Assembly (NCBI GenBank): GCA_002811645.1
Contig: PDIP01000002.1
Location: forward strand, 7,683 to 71,682
Origin: Corallochytrium limacisporum Hawaii
Lineage: Eukaryota > Protista > Pluriformea
Reading direction: 5' to 3'
Length of the DNA: 64,000 nucleotides
Part shown: one piece after another, positions 1 to 10,618 of the stretch
Layout: each line of letters opens with the position of its first letter
Numbering within the stretch: the stretch's first letter is position 1
Made by a program: the position numbers and the translations under genes
Notes under the pieces: generated by a model
Databases searched by the model: none
What the model was told of the DNA's origin: nothing
What the model saw: the letters and a program-made list of their open reading frames with translations, nothing else

Positions 1-6
1 TATATA

Positions 7-362
7 TTACTCAATCATGATTAAAAAGAGTGATCGGGGTTCTCGTTTTCGTGCGATTTGTCTCATACTTAGGAGACAGAGGGTGGTATCCTCAGCAAAC
101 ACCTCAACTTCACCGAGGTGAACGAAGAACATAGTCGTTCCCATGTCTCCTTTCCGCACGACGAACTCACCGGCCAGGTAGAGCACCGGATTAATGACAA
201 GCGGAAGCATACGCAAGAAACCAATGTCCCCAGTCTTAAAGAGAGGCACCTTGGCAATCAGATCGCGATTCATGGCCAAGGATACCTCCGACTGAAACGT
301 CAGGGGCAGGTCACCATGCAGGTTATCACCGTCCATACCGTTATAGCGAGTCCATAGGTGCT
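7..362 (-). pseudogene. Truncated fragment of a cyclic-nucleotide-gated/CNBD ion channel (C-linker plus first half of the CNBD)
   Basis: HLWTRYNG..DLPLTFQSEVSLAMNRDLIAKVPLFK..GFLRML.LVINPVLYLAGEFVVRKGDMGTTMFFVHLGEVEV is the C-linker/CNBD pattern. Similarity ends before the FGE phosphate-binding cassette. There is no upstream ATG and no room for the transmembrane domains before the THUMP gene. Confidence 0.7.
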
Positions 363-584
363 GAGAAAAATTGGTCAACGGTTAACTGAAACCTAACTAT
401 AGTTTTCCGACTTAGAGGCCTACTATTTTGCATGTTGGGAGGGCTAGGGGTGGGCACAGACGATGAAAGAAATTTCCCCATGTGTTCTGGTCTAAGGTAT
501 TTGGTGGAGAATGAACTCGTTTGCAATATAAGCACATCCGTGCTACTGCGTAGTTTGCTATTACATCTTGCCGTAGACGCGATC

Positions 585-1463
585 ATGGCTGAAAAGCGGC
601 CAGTGCCTTCGAGCAATGACAGAACGGTCAAGAAGGGAAAGTATCAGCCGGCAGCCAGTGGACATGCCCGAGATATGTTTGATGGTAGCGGGATATTAGT
701 AACGTCTCAACCTGGTAAGGAGAAGAATTCACGCAGAGAAGCCTTTCATATTCTAGATAAGTACTACAACCAATTCCATACTGACTCAGTGAACGATCAG
801 GACAAGGAAAATGCCACAAATGACGTGAGAAAGGTAGATGATCTCGAAGCGGCTATTGCGGCTGAGATTGACGACTTCAAAGAAAGGAAGCCCAAGGAAC
901 GTCGGTGGCGTTGGATCGATATTGGTGTGCGCGGAATTCAGTATATCAAGGGACCGGAAAACCTCGAACCTACAGCATTCATCCACCGGACCCTAACTGA
1001 GATCAAGAATACCAGATATATCGAGAGTAGGTTCATCATGCGATTCATTCCGATTCAATTGGTTTGCAGTGGAGAGGAGGTTGAGAAAGGCGTCAAGGAA
1101 CTCATCGATACTCATTTCAAAAGTTTTCCACACCTGGATCCCGCTGCTCGGCGCGAATTCGGACTGGAGTACAAGAAAAGCAACCATACAGGTCACCTTC
1201 ACGACAAGGTCCTCGACGCCATCAAGAGAGAAATGCAGGGGTTGAACAAGGAGAACACACTGAATTTTAGATCCACAGAATTTGTATTTTACGTTCACGC
1301 CATAAAGGGATGGCTCTGCATGACCATCCTGACAGACTACACAAACCTTGCTAAATACAATATGCAATCTCTTAGTGACATGGTGCGGGCATCATCGTCA
1401 CCCACAGCCAGCAAAGGAACGGTCAGAAACCTTGTCACTGTAAACGACAAGCAACAGCAGTAA
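585..1463 (+). CDS. THUMPD1: THUMP-domain protein, THUMPD1/Tan1-like (tRNA acetylation adaptor)
   Basis: GILVTSQPGKEK..REAF, DLEAAIAAEI, SRFIMRFIPIQLVC and LAKYNMQ motifs; likely start MAEKRP at 585 within ORF 432-1463. Confidence 0.85.
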   Translation: MAEKRPVPSSNDRTVKKGKYQPAASGHARDMFDGSGILVTSQPGKEKNSRREAFHILDKYYNQFHTDSVNDQDKENATNDVRKVDDLEAAIAAEIDDFKERKPKERRWRWIDIGVRGIQYIKGPENLEPTAFIHRTLTEIKNTRYIESRFIMRFIPIQLVCSGEEVEKGVKELIDTHFKSFPHLDPAARREFGLEYKKSNHTGHLHDKVLDAIKREMQGLNKENTLNFRSTEFVFYVHAIKGWLCMTILTDYTNLAKYNMQSLSDMVRASSSPTASKGTVRNLVTVNDKQQQ

Positions 1464-1912
1464 AGGCTACCATAGACAAAAGGAAGGATAAACTAGAATC
1501 CCAAACTTTAAAGAACAATACCGAGATGTCATTCCTGTAAAACATGTCCAATCCATCTGTGTCCAGCAACACCAACAACTACGAATGGCACCGGCTTTTC
1601 GCACCCCCACACAACCAACTGCAGAGAGCCTCAGCCCTTCGTACAGGCAGCAACCCCCTCCCCCAACTGTCTACGTCAGACTCAGCGAACTCAGACAACC
1701 GATGAGACCCACCCTCCCACTGATGGCCTGAGAGCGTCCCGCTAATTTAAACTACTCACTCTCGAGCTGACCAGGAGAGCAAGCAGGTTCGCACCAGGAA
1801 AGGTACTTTCAACAGGACAATGTAGTGTGCACCAACTTATGTAATATGTCTCAGCTATGTGAATGGCAACGTCGTGTGACGCTGTCGAAATAACATATTG
1901 ACCACTACAATC

Positions 1913-2566
1913 ATGGAAAGTATCAACGTCGGACACATAATCCTTGCCCTCGGTGGTTTTCTTACCGCTTGGATCTGGATCCTTGCTATCCCGGACACAC
2001 CAACACTATTCCAATGGCACCCCATGCTCATGACTGTGGGTCTCTTTGTATTGGCTCCCCTAGGTTTCCAGATGATGTGGATTAATCATCTGCAGAAGGG
2101 CAAGAATCATGACGACCGTGTACAGATGCACTTTGGCGTCATGGCTATCGGAGTAGTCGCTGCCATATGGGGCTTTGGTGCAATCTATCTGAATAAGAAG
2201 ATTAACGATGCGCCCCACTTTACCTCCAACCATGGTGCTTTCGGACAGATTGTGGTGATTGCATTCATGTTCCAAACTACGGCTGCCCTACCTGTCCTGG
2301 GCGGTGACGTTATGCCAGCGGTGGTGAAGAACAACATGCAAGTCCTGTACAAGTTTCACAAGCTTATGGGACGTTTGATTTATCTGGGGGGGCTGGTGTC
2401 CTTTTTCCTTGCCTACCAAAGTCTATGGATCCTTGCGCGAGTGAGGAGTGATAACCAGTGGTATGCCCTGAACGCTCTGACAGCAATATTTGGGGCTTTG
2501 GTAATGCTAAGCCCATGGCTACAGCCAAAATATGTGGTCAAGAAGAAGACTACCAAAGCCCAGTAG
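1913..2566 (+). CDS. Cytochrome b561 family transmembrane reductase (CYB561D-like)
   Basis: FQWHPMLMTVG, H in QMHF, PHFTSNHG and KFHKLMGR give four heme-ligand His in six hydrophobic helices; first ATG at 1913. Confidence 0.88.
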   Translation: MESINVGHIILALGGFLTAWIWILAIPDTPTLFQWHPMLMTVGLFVLAPLGFQMMWINHLQKGKNHDDRVQMHFGVMAIGVVAAIWGFGAIYLNKKINDAPHFTSNHGAFGQIVVIAFMFQTTAALPVLGGDVMPAVVKNNMQVLYKFHKLMGRLIYLGGLVSFFLAYQSLWILARVRSDNQWYALNALTAIFGALVMLSPWLQPKYVVKKKTTKAQ

Positions 2567-2850
2567 TAACATTGAATATCAAGACGAATAGTGAGAAGCC
2601 TAACTTCATCCAAATCTTTGTCTTCAAATGTATTGCAGAATTTCAGCGGGCATACTTCTAGTCTTTGTTCAGGTTCACGTTTGTGGTCTCAGTTACTATG
2701 CAACTGACTGATCAAAGTAATTGAATGTTACAGTAGAACGGTATGTATTTTTGAGCTATGATACGGACTCTACAACGAAGACATGTCATGTTCCAAGCTT
2801 ACGGAGGATAAAAGATACACTAAATATTCCAAGCAGAATGTGGTCCATTC

Positions 2851-5382
2851 CTATGATGCTTTGTACACACTGAGGAAATTTACAGGCGCAAATCCCTTAT
2901 TCCCCCGGCACGTCGTAACATTCAACCACGATTCTTCAGGTTGTTTGTCGTGGACTATGACCTCATCACCCCTCTTGAAACTGACTTCATCGTCTCTAAC
3001 CCCCTCGTAGTTGAAGATAGCGTACAAAGTCTTGGTCGACTTGAGTTTTTTCATCTCTTGCTTCAGGTAAGTCTCGATTTCCCTGCTGTAAGCGCAGTCC
3101 AGGGGTGTTTGGTTCTCCTCGTACGACTCACATAAGATATTCGCTCCACTCTGGACAAGAAGCACAAGAATGTCAAAGCATTCTTCGTCTTCCATGGAAG
3201 CAGCGACATGCAGCGGGGTCCAACCGTCGTGGTCGGTGGCATTGACATCAGCTCCAACCTTAATCAGGTCTTCTACGGCTTCAATCTCTCCCGAAGTCAC
3301 AGCATAGTGTAAAGCAGTCAGGCCTTCATCGTTGGCCTCGTTGATGTGGTCGGGGTAAATCTCAATGAACTCACGCAATTCTTCACACTCACCTTCCTTG
3401 GCGGCATCCAGGAGCAGGACCAGTGGGTCGATAACTACAGATCCCCGCGTGGACGGCTTGCGCTTCACACAGCTCTTCAGAACACTGGTGTCGCTAAGGG
3501 AAGATCGGACGGAGGAGTTGCGGGATGGCGGGTCGGAGAAGGCTTTGGCAATTTGATCGGAAACAGACAGACGCTGCAGCGTTTCCGTCGAGGACTGTGG
3601 GACAAGGCTCTCGGAAGAGTGCAGGTGCGGTTGGCCACGTTGGGTCACCTCCTCGGGCACCCTGAGTTCAATCTCAGAAGACACAGGTGTCTCAGTTGTT
3701 GGAGTTGCAGCCATTGCAGCAGCTGCAGCGGCCTCAGTACGGGCGGCGCGTAGCTCGTTTCGGAGCGACGCGATCAAGGCATCCTTGGCGCCAATTTCTT
3801 CGCTGTTCCTTTTCTTCAGATCGTCCAAACATTTTTGCAGATGGTCGCATCGCAGATCGCTTGCCTTCTGAGCGTGCTGGGCCTTGAGCTCGCCGTCCTT
3901 CAAACTGGCCTCCAGCTCGCGCACGCGTTGTTGCAGTAAGGTCTTCTCTTCTTCCAGCTTCGAGAGATCTGCCTTGGAGTCCACCTCTGTCACAGTCTCC
4001 TGGGGTGCAGGCGAAGCAATTGCAGATGCGTACTCCTCTAATCGAGCCTCCAAAGCCTTGGTCTTCTCATCAACCAATGCCTTTTGTTCCTCGGCCATGT
4101 TTTGTGCCTCCTTCGCAGAGACAACCTCCTGGCGTGCTTGTGCCAGTTCCAGCTCTAGTTCAGTAATACGGCATGCGTCGGTCTCCATCTGCTTGTTCAT
4201 GTTTTCGAAAGATTGTGTGGCCAGCTGCGTAGAGCTGCGCAGTTCGTTGTAGCGCATTTGGATTGTACGGCGTTCCTGTTCCAGTGCGCTGACCACGGAG
4301 GCCAGACCATTGTCACCACCAGCCATCATGGGCAGAGCACCACTCCCCATTGAAGAGCTCATCGAATAGTCCCGTGGCGTGGTATCCCTTGCGTTGTTAT
4401 CCAAGAGCGTGTCCACAGAATCAAATTTCTTGGGTTTCTTGATTACTCTTCGCGCTTTCATCTTGGCCAAACTGCGGCCTTTTCCACGTCTCGAGATCTT
4501 GTCGACCTTGTCAAAGTCAGCAGGAGAGAAGGAGAACATCATACCGTCTGCCGACCATGCATGCATGACTTGGGTCGGGATATCATTCAGATCCAGGCGC
4601 CTCCGAGTGCCGTCGGGGTAGACTTCCTCAACCTTCCACGCCATCTCACCGACACCTAAGTGGCCGGCACTCTCACTGTAGAAGACTCGATGTATGATGG
4701 AATGGAAATCTTCGCCCTCATCAACGCCAATCGTCTTCTTCACACCGCTCACGGTAACGATTGGTATACTGCAACCGTAGAGATCCGGCACACTGCCGGT
4801 GAACGTCGATTTGCTACCCGCAGCAATACCAGAGTCGCTGTTTAGTGATAGGTCCCGACTGTGTGCGTTGCCAATTCCGTGATTGCTACGCTGCTTAGCG
4901 TGCTCCACGAGAAGTGCGAAAGATGTGCCCGGCCGCTTAGCGTCACTCAGATCGGTAACTGTCGCATAATGCCCGTTGCTCAGCGAGTCGCCCGTAAGTG
5001 AAATGTGCCCGAGCAACACGTTATAGCCAATGTCAGGAGAATTATATACAGACACTTTGATCTCTTCTTCAGAGCCGATAAGCTGCGGCGCCGAGGCATT
5101 GACAACGGCAGTCCAGCTGCCACTGTCCTGGGCAATGCTTTCGGACTTGTGACGAGTGCCTGCCAGTTCCAACATGACAAATAGACGGACGGGATCTTTG
5201 TAGTCCTCTGGCAGGACAGGTCCTTGAGCCGTCAAAGTGATCTTTATGCGCCCAACTAGCACCTCATCTTTGTTATGAATCCATCCCGCAGATCCAAAAT
5301 CAATGTTCTGTGAAAGCTTGCTGGTCCTTTTGCCCTTGCCCGCAAACTTGCGGAGCGTGCTCCAGCCCTTCTCAACAGTCAT
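2851..5382 (-). CDS. ASPP-like protein (C2-like, Ras-association/ubiquitin-like, coiled coil, ankyrin repeats, SH3)
   Basis: DPLVLLLDAAKEGE...NDEGLTALHYAV...DHDGWTPLHVAAS followed by an SH3 (YAIFNYEGVRDDEVSFKRGD..W..GFAPVNFL) is the ASPP C-terminal module. RA-like segment WKVEEVYPDGTRRRLDLNDIP. Confidence 0.8.
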   Translation of the reverse strand: MTVEKGWSTLRKFAGKGKRTSKLSQNIDFGSAGWIHNKDEVLVGRIKITLTAQGPVLPEDYKDPVRLFVMLELAGTRHKSESIAQDSGSWTAVVNASAPQLIGSEEEIKVSVYNSPDIGYNVLLGHISLTGDSLSNGHYATVTDLSDAKRPGTSFALLVEHAKQRSNHGIGNAHSRDLSLNSDSGIAAGSKSTFTGSVPDLYGCSIPIVTVSGVKKTIGVDEGEDFHSIIHRVFYSESAGHLGVGEMAWKVEEVYPDGTRRRLDLNDIPTQVMHAWSADGMMFSFSPADFDKVDKISRRGKGRSLAKMKARRVIKKPKKFDSVDTLLDNNARDTTPRDYSMSSSMGSGALPMMAGGDNGLASVVSALEQERRTIQMRYNELRSSTQLATQSFENMNKQMETDACRITELELELAQARQEVVSAKEAQNMAEEQKALVDEKTKALEARLEEYASAIASPAPQETVTEVDSKADLSKLEEEKTLLQQRVRELEASLKDGELKAQHAQKASDLRCDHLQKCLDDLKKRNSEEIGAKDALIASLRNELRAARTEAAAAAAMAATPTTETPVSSEIELRVPEEVTQRGQPHLHSSESLVPQSSTETLQRLSVSDQIAKAFSDPPSRNSSVRSSLSDTSVLKSCVKRKPSTRGSVVIDPLVLLLDAAKEGECEELREFIEIYPDHINEANDEGLTALHYAVTSGEIEAVEDLIKVGADVNATDHDGWTPLHVAASMEDEECFDILVLLVQSGANILCESYEENQTPLDCAYSREIETYLKQEMKKLKSTKTLYAIFNYEGVRDDEVSFKRGDEVIVHDKQPEESWLNVTTCRGNKGFAPVNFLSVYKAS

Positions 5383-7311
5383 GATTTCTTTGTGTTCGAT
5401 TTACTTTGTTTTCTCTACAGGATCGGAACTTAAAGGCCTGGTCCGTGCCCTTCTGAGACGTGGCCCTTTAATTTGCTCGCTGATTGCTCTCACTTGTAAT
5501 AAAACTTCTATGGTGTTGAGTCTTTTTGACAAACAATTCATACGGTTCCTACACAATGATCGAGCCTATTTACATTACAATCTTAATCATACACATCAAA
5601 TACCAAACTCAATTAACCCCTTTGCTTTTGTGGGAAGGAAAAGTCACGAAACAGAATGCATCAGCCCAACAGCTCCTGACTATAGTGCACCATTGTCATA
5701 TGTGCAAAGCGATATCAGTGTGAAGCACTGGAGGCTTAAGGGAGAGGGGTAGTCCTGAAGAATGCGTCCGTCCCTCTCACTTCGGCAGTACTGAATTGAT
5801 TGCCCTATTTTTCCAAGGAGACGCGGCAAATTCATTCCCCTTACCCACGTCCGTTAGCGACTGCAATGCCCGCGCCTGCAGTGCCCTCTGCTTATCCGCG
5901 CCTTCGTTTATTCTGCGCAAGAGAACGGTGCCGTTTAAGCCCCTTGACTCCAGTTTTAAAAATTCTGCGTAATCCCTCTTCATATATTCACTATTGGAAA
6001 TTACAAAGAAGAGCCTGGGCACCTCGGCGGAGTTGCATGGAAACCACTCGGAGCGCAACCGGTTTGCCCCCAGCAGCAACAGCAAGATCTGCAGCGCTTG
6101 GTTTCCTGCCCCAGCACTACCTCCGCTCCTCCACTGTGTCGCGCCGCCCCTTCTCTCCCCCCTTCTCCCCCTTGTCTTTTCGCCCCCCCCGGGGGGGGGG
6201 GTGCCCCGGTTTCGCAGGACGACACACAAACAGAGAAAGTCGGCTTCGCTCTCTCTCCCTGTCTCTTGTCGCCGGCGTTCGGTTTTCCAATGACTCCGGG
6301 AGATTTTCGAAGACTTCCGAACTTGGTACTGAATGTATGCATTTTTGGTAACGATGGGACAGAGGGTCTGTCATTTTCAATTGTATCTAACCGGTGCCGG
6401 GCCACGCCAGTGGGAGCCAACGGACGGGTCCGGCCGGTCTGACGCAGTCTTTTCTGGAGAACCCCCTGGTGGTATTGTGAGAAGAAGGAGTCTGTCTTCG
6501 CCACTACTGCTGGTCTCCCATGACACAGCATCTGGATACGTGGTACTACTGTTGCTGATTGTTCCGAGTTTCATTGAAGTTCATGGATGGGCGCCATCGC
6601 ATTCAGCTATCTCTATGACCAGAGAAAGTGGTTGTAATAGTGATTGCTGCCATCCAGTTTCCCTGAACGCCAACAAACTGGATTGATTTTCGGTGCCGGT
6701 TTGGAGGTAGGTGGTGTTTACCGCTATTTAGTTCAAGAACTTTATATATTGACAGTACTGTTTCGCCAAATTGTTTCAGTGTTCCCTTGCTATCGCGAAG
6801 CGCAGTGATATTGCCGGACTCGGCATTGAAGGCCTCTGATTGGCTGAAACCGAAACCATCCACTACCCGCTGTGGGGCGCAAGAAGGGGGGAAGGGGCTG
6901 AGGAAAAATTTTACGCTGCACATTATCACCGTGTCGTGCGGCAAAGACTGCCCATAAACCACCTGTCCACCACAGTTCTCTTCGTGGTTGGACATTCCGC
7001 TCTATAAATTGCATGCACAAGTACACAATCTCTCTCACCAACCATAATCTATATTGACTAAAATATTCTGATTGCATGCACCTACATGCCCTGCTCAGGA
7101 CGGTGCCAGGGGGATCAAGCCAACGGATTACTCTGCGAACAGTTGCAGAAGTGCGAAAGTGAAATGACTTCATCATTACAGTTCGCTACCGGGAACATGG
7201 ATTGTGCTGAAAGGTGGCCCTAGAAATTCCTAAGATCTAGGCACAAGGCAAACGGAAGTATATCATGGTTGTGTTGGTTCCGTTCTGATTTGATGACACC
7301 ATACCGCATCC

Positions 7312-8745
7312 TCAGTCTGTGAGGGTGACGAACCCGAGCACAAGCGTGAGACGGCTCTCCTTTCGGAGCATGCCGACCAGCTCGGGTAAACGCAGACCCT
7401 TAGTGCACTGATGATTGATGTGCGTGAGCAAACGATTCTCTTCAATGCCGGCAGCTGATGCCGGTGAGTCTGGTTTGACTTCTTTGATTGCAGGCCACTG
7501 GTCCTGCAGCTTAAGCGTAATACCCCAGCTCTGGTCGCGATCCACACGCTCGACTTTGACAATTTCTGGCTTGCGTCGTATCAAAATTTCAAGTGAGTGG
7601 GCTCCCAGGATCTGTGACTTGTGTAGAAGTGGTTGGTCGTTGACCTGCACAATGTAATCACCGACTTGTAATCCACTGTGCGCAGCATCACTGTCTTCTT
7701 CGATTGCCGCAATGACAAAAGTAGGCACACTGCCATCTCGATTGATGTCCCGGATGCGAATACCACTGTGCTTGGATGGACAGATGACGGCGTAGGTTGT
7801 GGTGTACCATGTCTCCATATTCTCGTCCGTAAGATCCGTCGTGAGGAACAGGGACGGATCGAGCTTTTGGCGTCGGATCATTGTGTCCTTCGCGTCCAGG
7901 ACGTGGGCGAGGCGGGGAGGTCCGTCTTCCTGGAGCTGCCCGGTCGCGAGTTTAAGTTGCAATGACCCGTCACTCGCAGCATCAATGAGGCCTTGATTCA
8001 TGCCGGTATTATTGGAAATATCACACTTCCGCAGGCGAAAGAGCTTACTGCAGGACTGTACCACTTTCTTCAGCAGATTATGGTCCAGCCTGAGCACTTC
8101 CAATGCAGACATATGATCACCAAAGTCTGCCGGTAGTGCTACGATACCATTATAGGACGCGTCCAGCATTTGCAAATTCTTACCAATGTCAAACAGTTCC
8201 ACAGGGAATGTCTGGAATTTGTTGTGGCTGATATCCAGGTCGCGAAGTTTGGTCAGGTTTTTGATGCCCGGTCCCAAGCTCGACAGATTGCAATCTCTCA
8301 TCCGCAGCACCTTGAGCGCAGCCAGACTTCCCATCGACGGCGATAGGACACCCATGGGATTCTGAGATAGATCCAGACGGGTCAACTGGTCCGATAAGGC
8401 CTTTAGAATGATCGGAAACTCCTTCAGACAGCAATTGACGGCCTTTACCGTGGTGACGGCGTCTTCCTCCGGCTCAACCTTCCGGTCCTCGTCATCGTCA
8501 TCGTCAGCAATTCCTTCAGAACCAGGAGTCTTTCGTCGTGCTTTTAGCTCTTTGCCAGGTTTCCGTTTGCTCTGAAGTGCGGTGATACTGGTTGGCAGGG
8601 TTCCGATCGGGATATTCGACATGTCCAATACACCAGAGCTCTCGCTCAGCGCCTGCGTGATGCGCTCCCGCAGCTCTTTCCGCACGTCCCGAATGTCTGC
8701 ATTGCTACCGCCAACATTAGGCCTATTTTCTGGCTCAACTGCCAT
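7312..8745 (-). CDS. Leucine-rich repeat plus two PDZ domain protein (LAP/Scribble-like architecture)
   Basis: About 6-7 LxxLxLxxN repeats, then PDZ motifs SGIRI...DSDAAHSGLQVGDYIVQVNDQ and SWGITL...VKPDSPASAAGI..RLLTHINHQ. Confidence 0.85.
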   Translation of the reverse strand: MAVEPENRPNVGGSNADIRDVRKELRERITQALSESSGVLDMSNIPIGTLPTSITALQSKRKPGKELKARRKTPGSEGIADDDDDEDRKVEPEEDAVTTVKAVNCCLKEFPIILKALSDQLTRLDLSQNPMGVLSPSMGSLAALKVLRMRDCNLSSLGPGIKNLTKLRDLDISHNKFQTFPVELFDIGKNLQMLDASYNGIVALPADFGDHMSALEVLRLDHNLLKKVVQSCSKLFRLRKCDISNNTGMNQGLIDAASDGSLQLKLATGQLQEDGPPRLAHVLDAKDTMIRRQKLDPSLFLTTDLTDENMETWYTTTYAVICPSKHSGIRIRDINRDGSVPTFVIAAIEEDSDAAHSGLQVGDYIVQVNDQPLLHKSQILGAHSLEILIRRKPEIVKVERVDRDQSWGITLKLQDQWPAIKEVKPDSPASAAGIEENRLLTHINHQCTKGLRLPELVGMLRKESRLTLVLGFVTLTD

Positions 8746-9073
8746 GGTATCTGCAGCTGTAAGTTCTAAAAGTTTGTTTGTTGTTTCGATGGATTCACAT
8801 TTCTACGGTGTCCCATAGGGGTGTTTGGCTAATAACCTTGTCCAAACACGTAAAGAACTTTAGTAACTATTTTACAATGATTTCATGACATAGCAATCAA
8901 TTATTTTTGCAACTGAATGTCGGTTCATTCCGAACTAGCTGAACCGGTCGTGGAGCCACTCTTTGGGAATCAGCACTGCAACCACAGGGGTCCCGGTCTG
9001 ATTACTTCCTGTTACCCTTTCAGTAAGAAAAATCAGTGTTGGCTTCAGAATATCGGAGACCAGCCTCCGAGCA

Positions 9074-9109
9074 GGGGGACAGGGAGGGGAGAGGCCGGGA
9101 GGGGTCGGG
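9074..9109 (+). promoter_or_regulatory. G-quadruplex-capable G-tract cluster in a divergent promoter
   Basis: GGGGGacaGGGaGGGGagaggccGGGaGGGGtcGGG has six G>=3 runs with short loops; function is not shown. Confidence 0.4.
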
Positions 9110-9293
9110 ACACAATCTGACTGCGTGGCTTGGCGGGTCTCACGCACTCATGCCGTAGCCGGCCATGACCAGCAGTTGCTTGGAAGGCTGAAAAGCTATA
9201 TAAAAGTGACGATCCGCTCCATCAGCTGTGTTGCTTTGAAAAATCTTACTACTAGACCACTTGTTATATTCATAGTACGGAAATCACGTAATC

Positions 9294-10538
9294 ATGGAGG
9301 CAGGCTATGATATGACCGGACATGATGTTCTGCTGAAGAATTTCGAAGAGACTTTTAAGAATGAGATTACACCGCTCTGCTGCGCCGATGCGGACCAGGT
9401 TCAGAAGAACTGTCAGCGCATGCTGGATACATGCAGAAAGAATGAAGTCAAACTGCGACCACACACCAAGACCCACAAAACCAAACACATCGTGAACATG
9501 CAGGTCGCTGATCAAACGATTGCCAGCGGTGTAGTAGTGAGCACAATGGCAGAAGCCAAGCTTTATTTGGATGTCAACAGCGTGAAATCCATCACGTATG
9601 GAGTCCCAGTCAACATTGGGCACATGGCAGCACTGAGGTCACTCGCCACAAACGAACAAGAGAAGCCATTCTTCGTGCTCATTGACACCGAGGCACAGAT
9701 TAAGGCTCTGGCTGCTGATGGCAAGGCGAACGGTTGGCAGCCCCACGTCTTCTTCAAGGTCGACTGTGGCTATCACAGAGCAGGGCGGTACCCCGGGGAG
9801 ATGATCGATGATCACTTTGACCGCATTCTCAGGGCTCTCGCTGAGGCGCGAGGTGTGATCTCCGTGGTTGGAGTGTACGCCCATTCGGGCCACAGCTACG
9901 ACGCTGCCGGCGATCTGGAGTTTGTAGCAGACATCGGTCAGACTGAAGTCAAGCGGTGTATTGAAGTCACTGAACGCATGAGACAGTTTGGCGGTATTTC
10001 GATGAGTTCGCCTTTCACAGTTACTGTTGGTGCCACGCCAACAGCTGCGATGCCACATTGGTGGCAGGATGCAAGGGCGATAACCGGAGGTCTTCCAGAC
10101 GTGCAGCTCGAATTTCATCCCGGTAACTACGTCTTTTTTGATCGCCAGCAGGCCAAGGCTGGTAGTTGTGCACTTCATGATGCAGGCCTCTTCGTTGTCA
10201 CCCGAGTGATTAGTCACTACCCGGAGCGAAAGCAGATCCTGATTGATGCAGGTGGCCTTGCCTTGTCTCGCGATGCGGCCGGTTTCATAGATTGGGGTGC
10301 GTTTATCGGATCTAAGGACCATGGGTATCTCAAACTGGTCAGGCTCAGCCAAGAAGTCGGCGTAGTAACCTACAAAGACAACTGGCCACGTCTGCAGGAG
10401 CGGGAGTCTCTAGAAGGTCTGATGTTGGCTATCATTCCGAATCACGCTTGCTACGTAGGTCCACTCCATGGCAAGATCCATTTGTGCCGCCAAGGTAAAG
10501 AAGTCGAAGTACTCAAGCCGTGCAGCGGTTGGCAGTGA
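9294..10538 (+). CDS. D-serine dehydratase (DSD1-like) / D-threonine aldolase family, fold-type III PLP enzyme
   Basis: LRPHTKTHKT (PLP Lys), KVDCGYHRAG, YAHSGHSY, GATPT, EFHPGNYVFFD, LSQEVG, PNHAC. Confidence 0.9.
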   Translation: MEAGYDMTGHDVLLKNFEETFKNEITPLCCADADQVQKNCQRMLDTCRKNEVKLRPHTKTHKTKHIVNMQVADQTIASGVVVSTMAEAKLYLDVNSVKSITYGVPVNIGHMAALRSLATNEQEKPFFVLIDTEAQIKALAADGKANGWQPHVFFKVDCGYHRAGRYPGEMIDDHFDRILRALAEARGVISVVGVYAHSGHSYDAAGDLEFVADIGQTEVKRCIEVTERMRQFGGISMSSPFTVTVGATPTAAMPHWWQDARAITGGLPDVQLEFHPGNYVFFDRQQAKAGSCALHDAGLFVVTRVISHYPERKQILIDAGGLALSRDAAGFIDWGAFIGSKDHGYLKLVRLSQEVGVVTYKDNWPRLQERESLEGLMLAIIPNHACYVGPLHGKIHLCRQGKEVEVLKPCSGWQ

Positions 10539-10618
10539 ATGTGAACACAGCTGCTGTTCGGTCCATGCAAAATGGCATAAACTATATATTTTTTTAATTT
10601 TTGGAAATAAACGAGGGA

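Noticed and set aside
5777-7176. Many overlapping 100-180 aa ORFs in the GC-rich spacer
   Set aside because: No recognisable motifs; composition reflects G/C tracts. An unrecognised gene fossil cannot be excluded.
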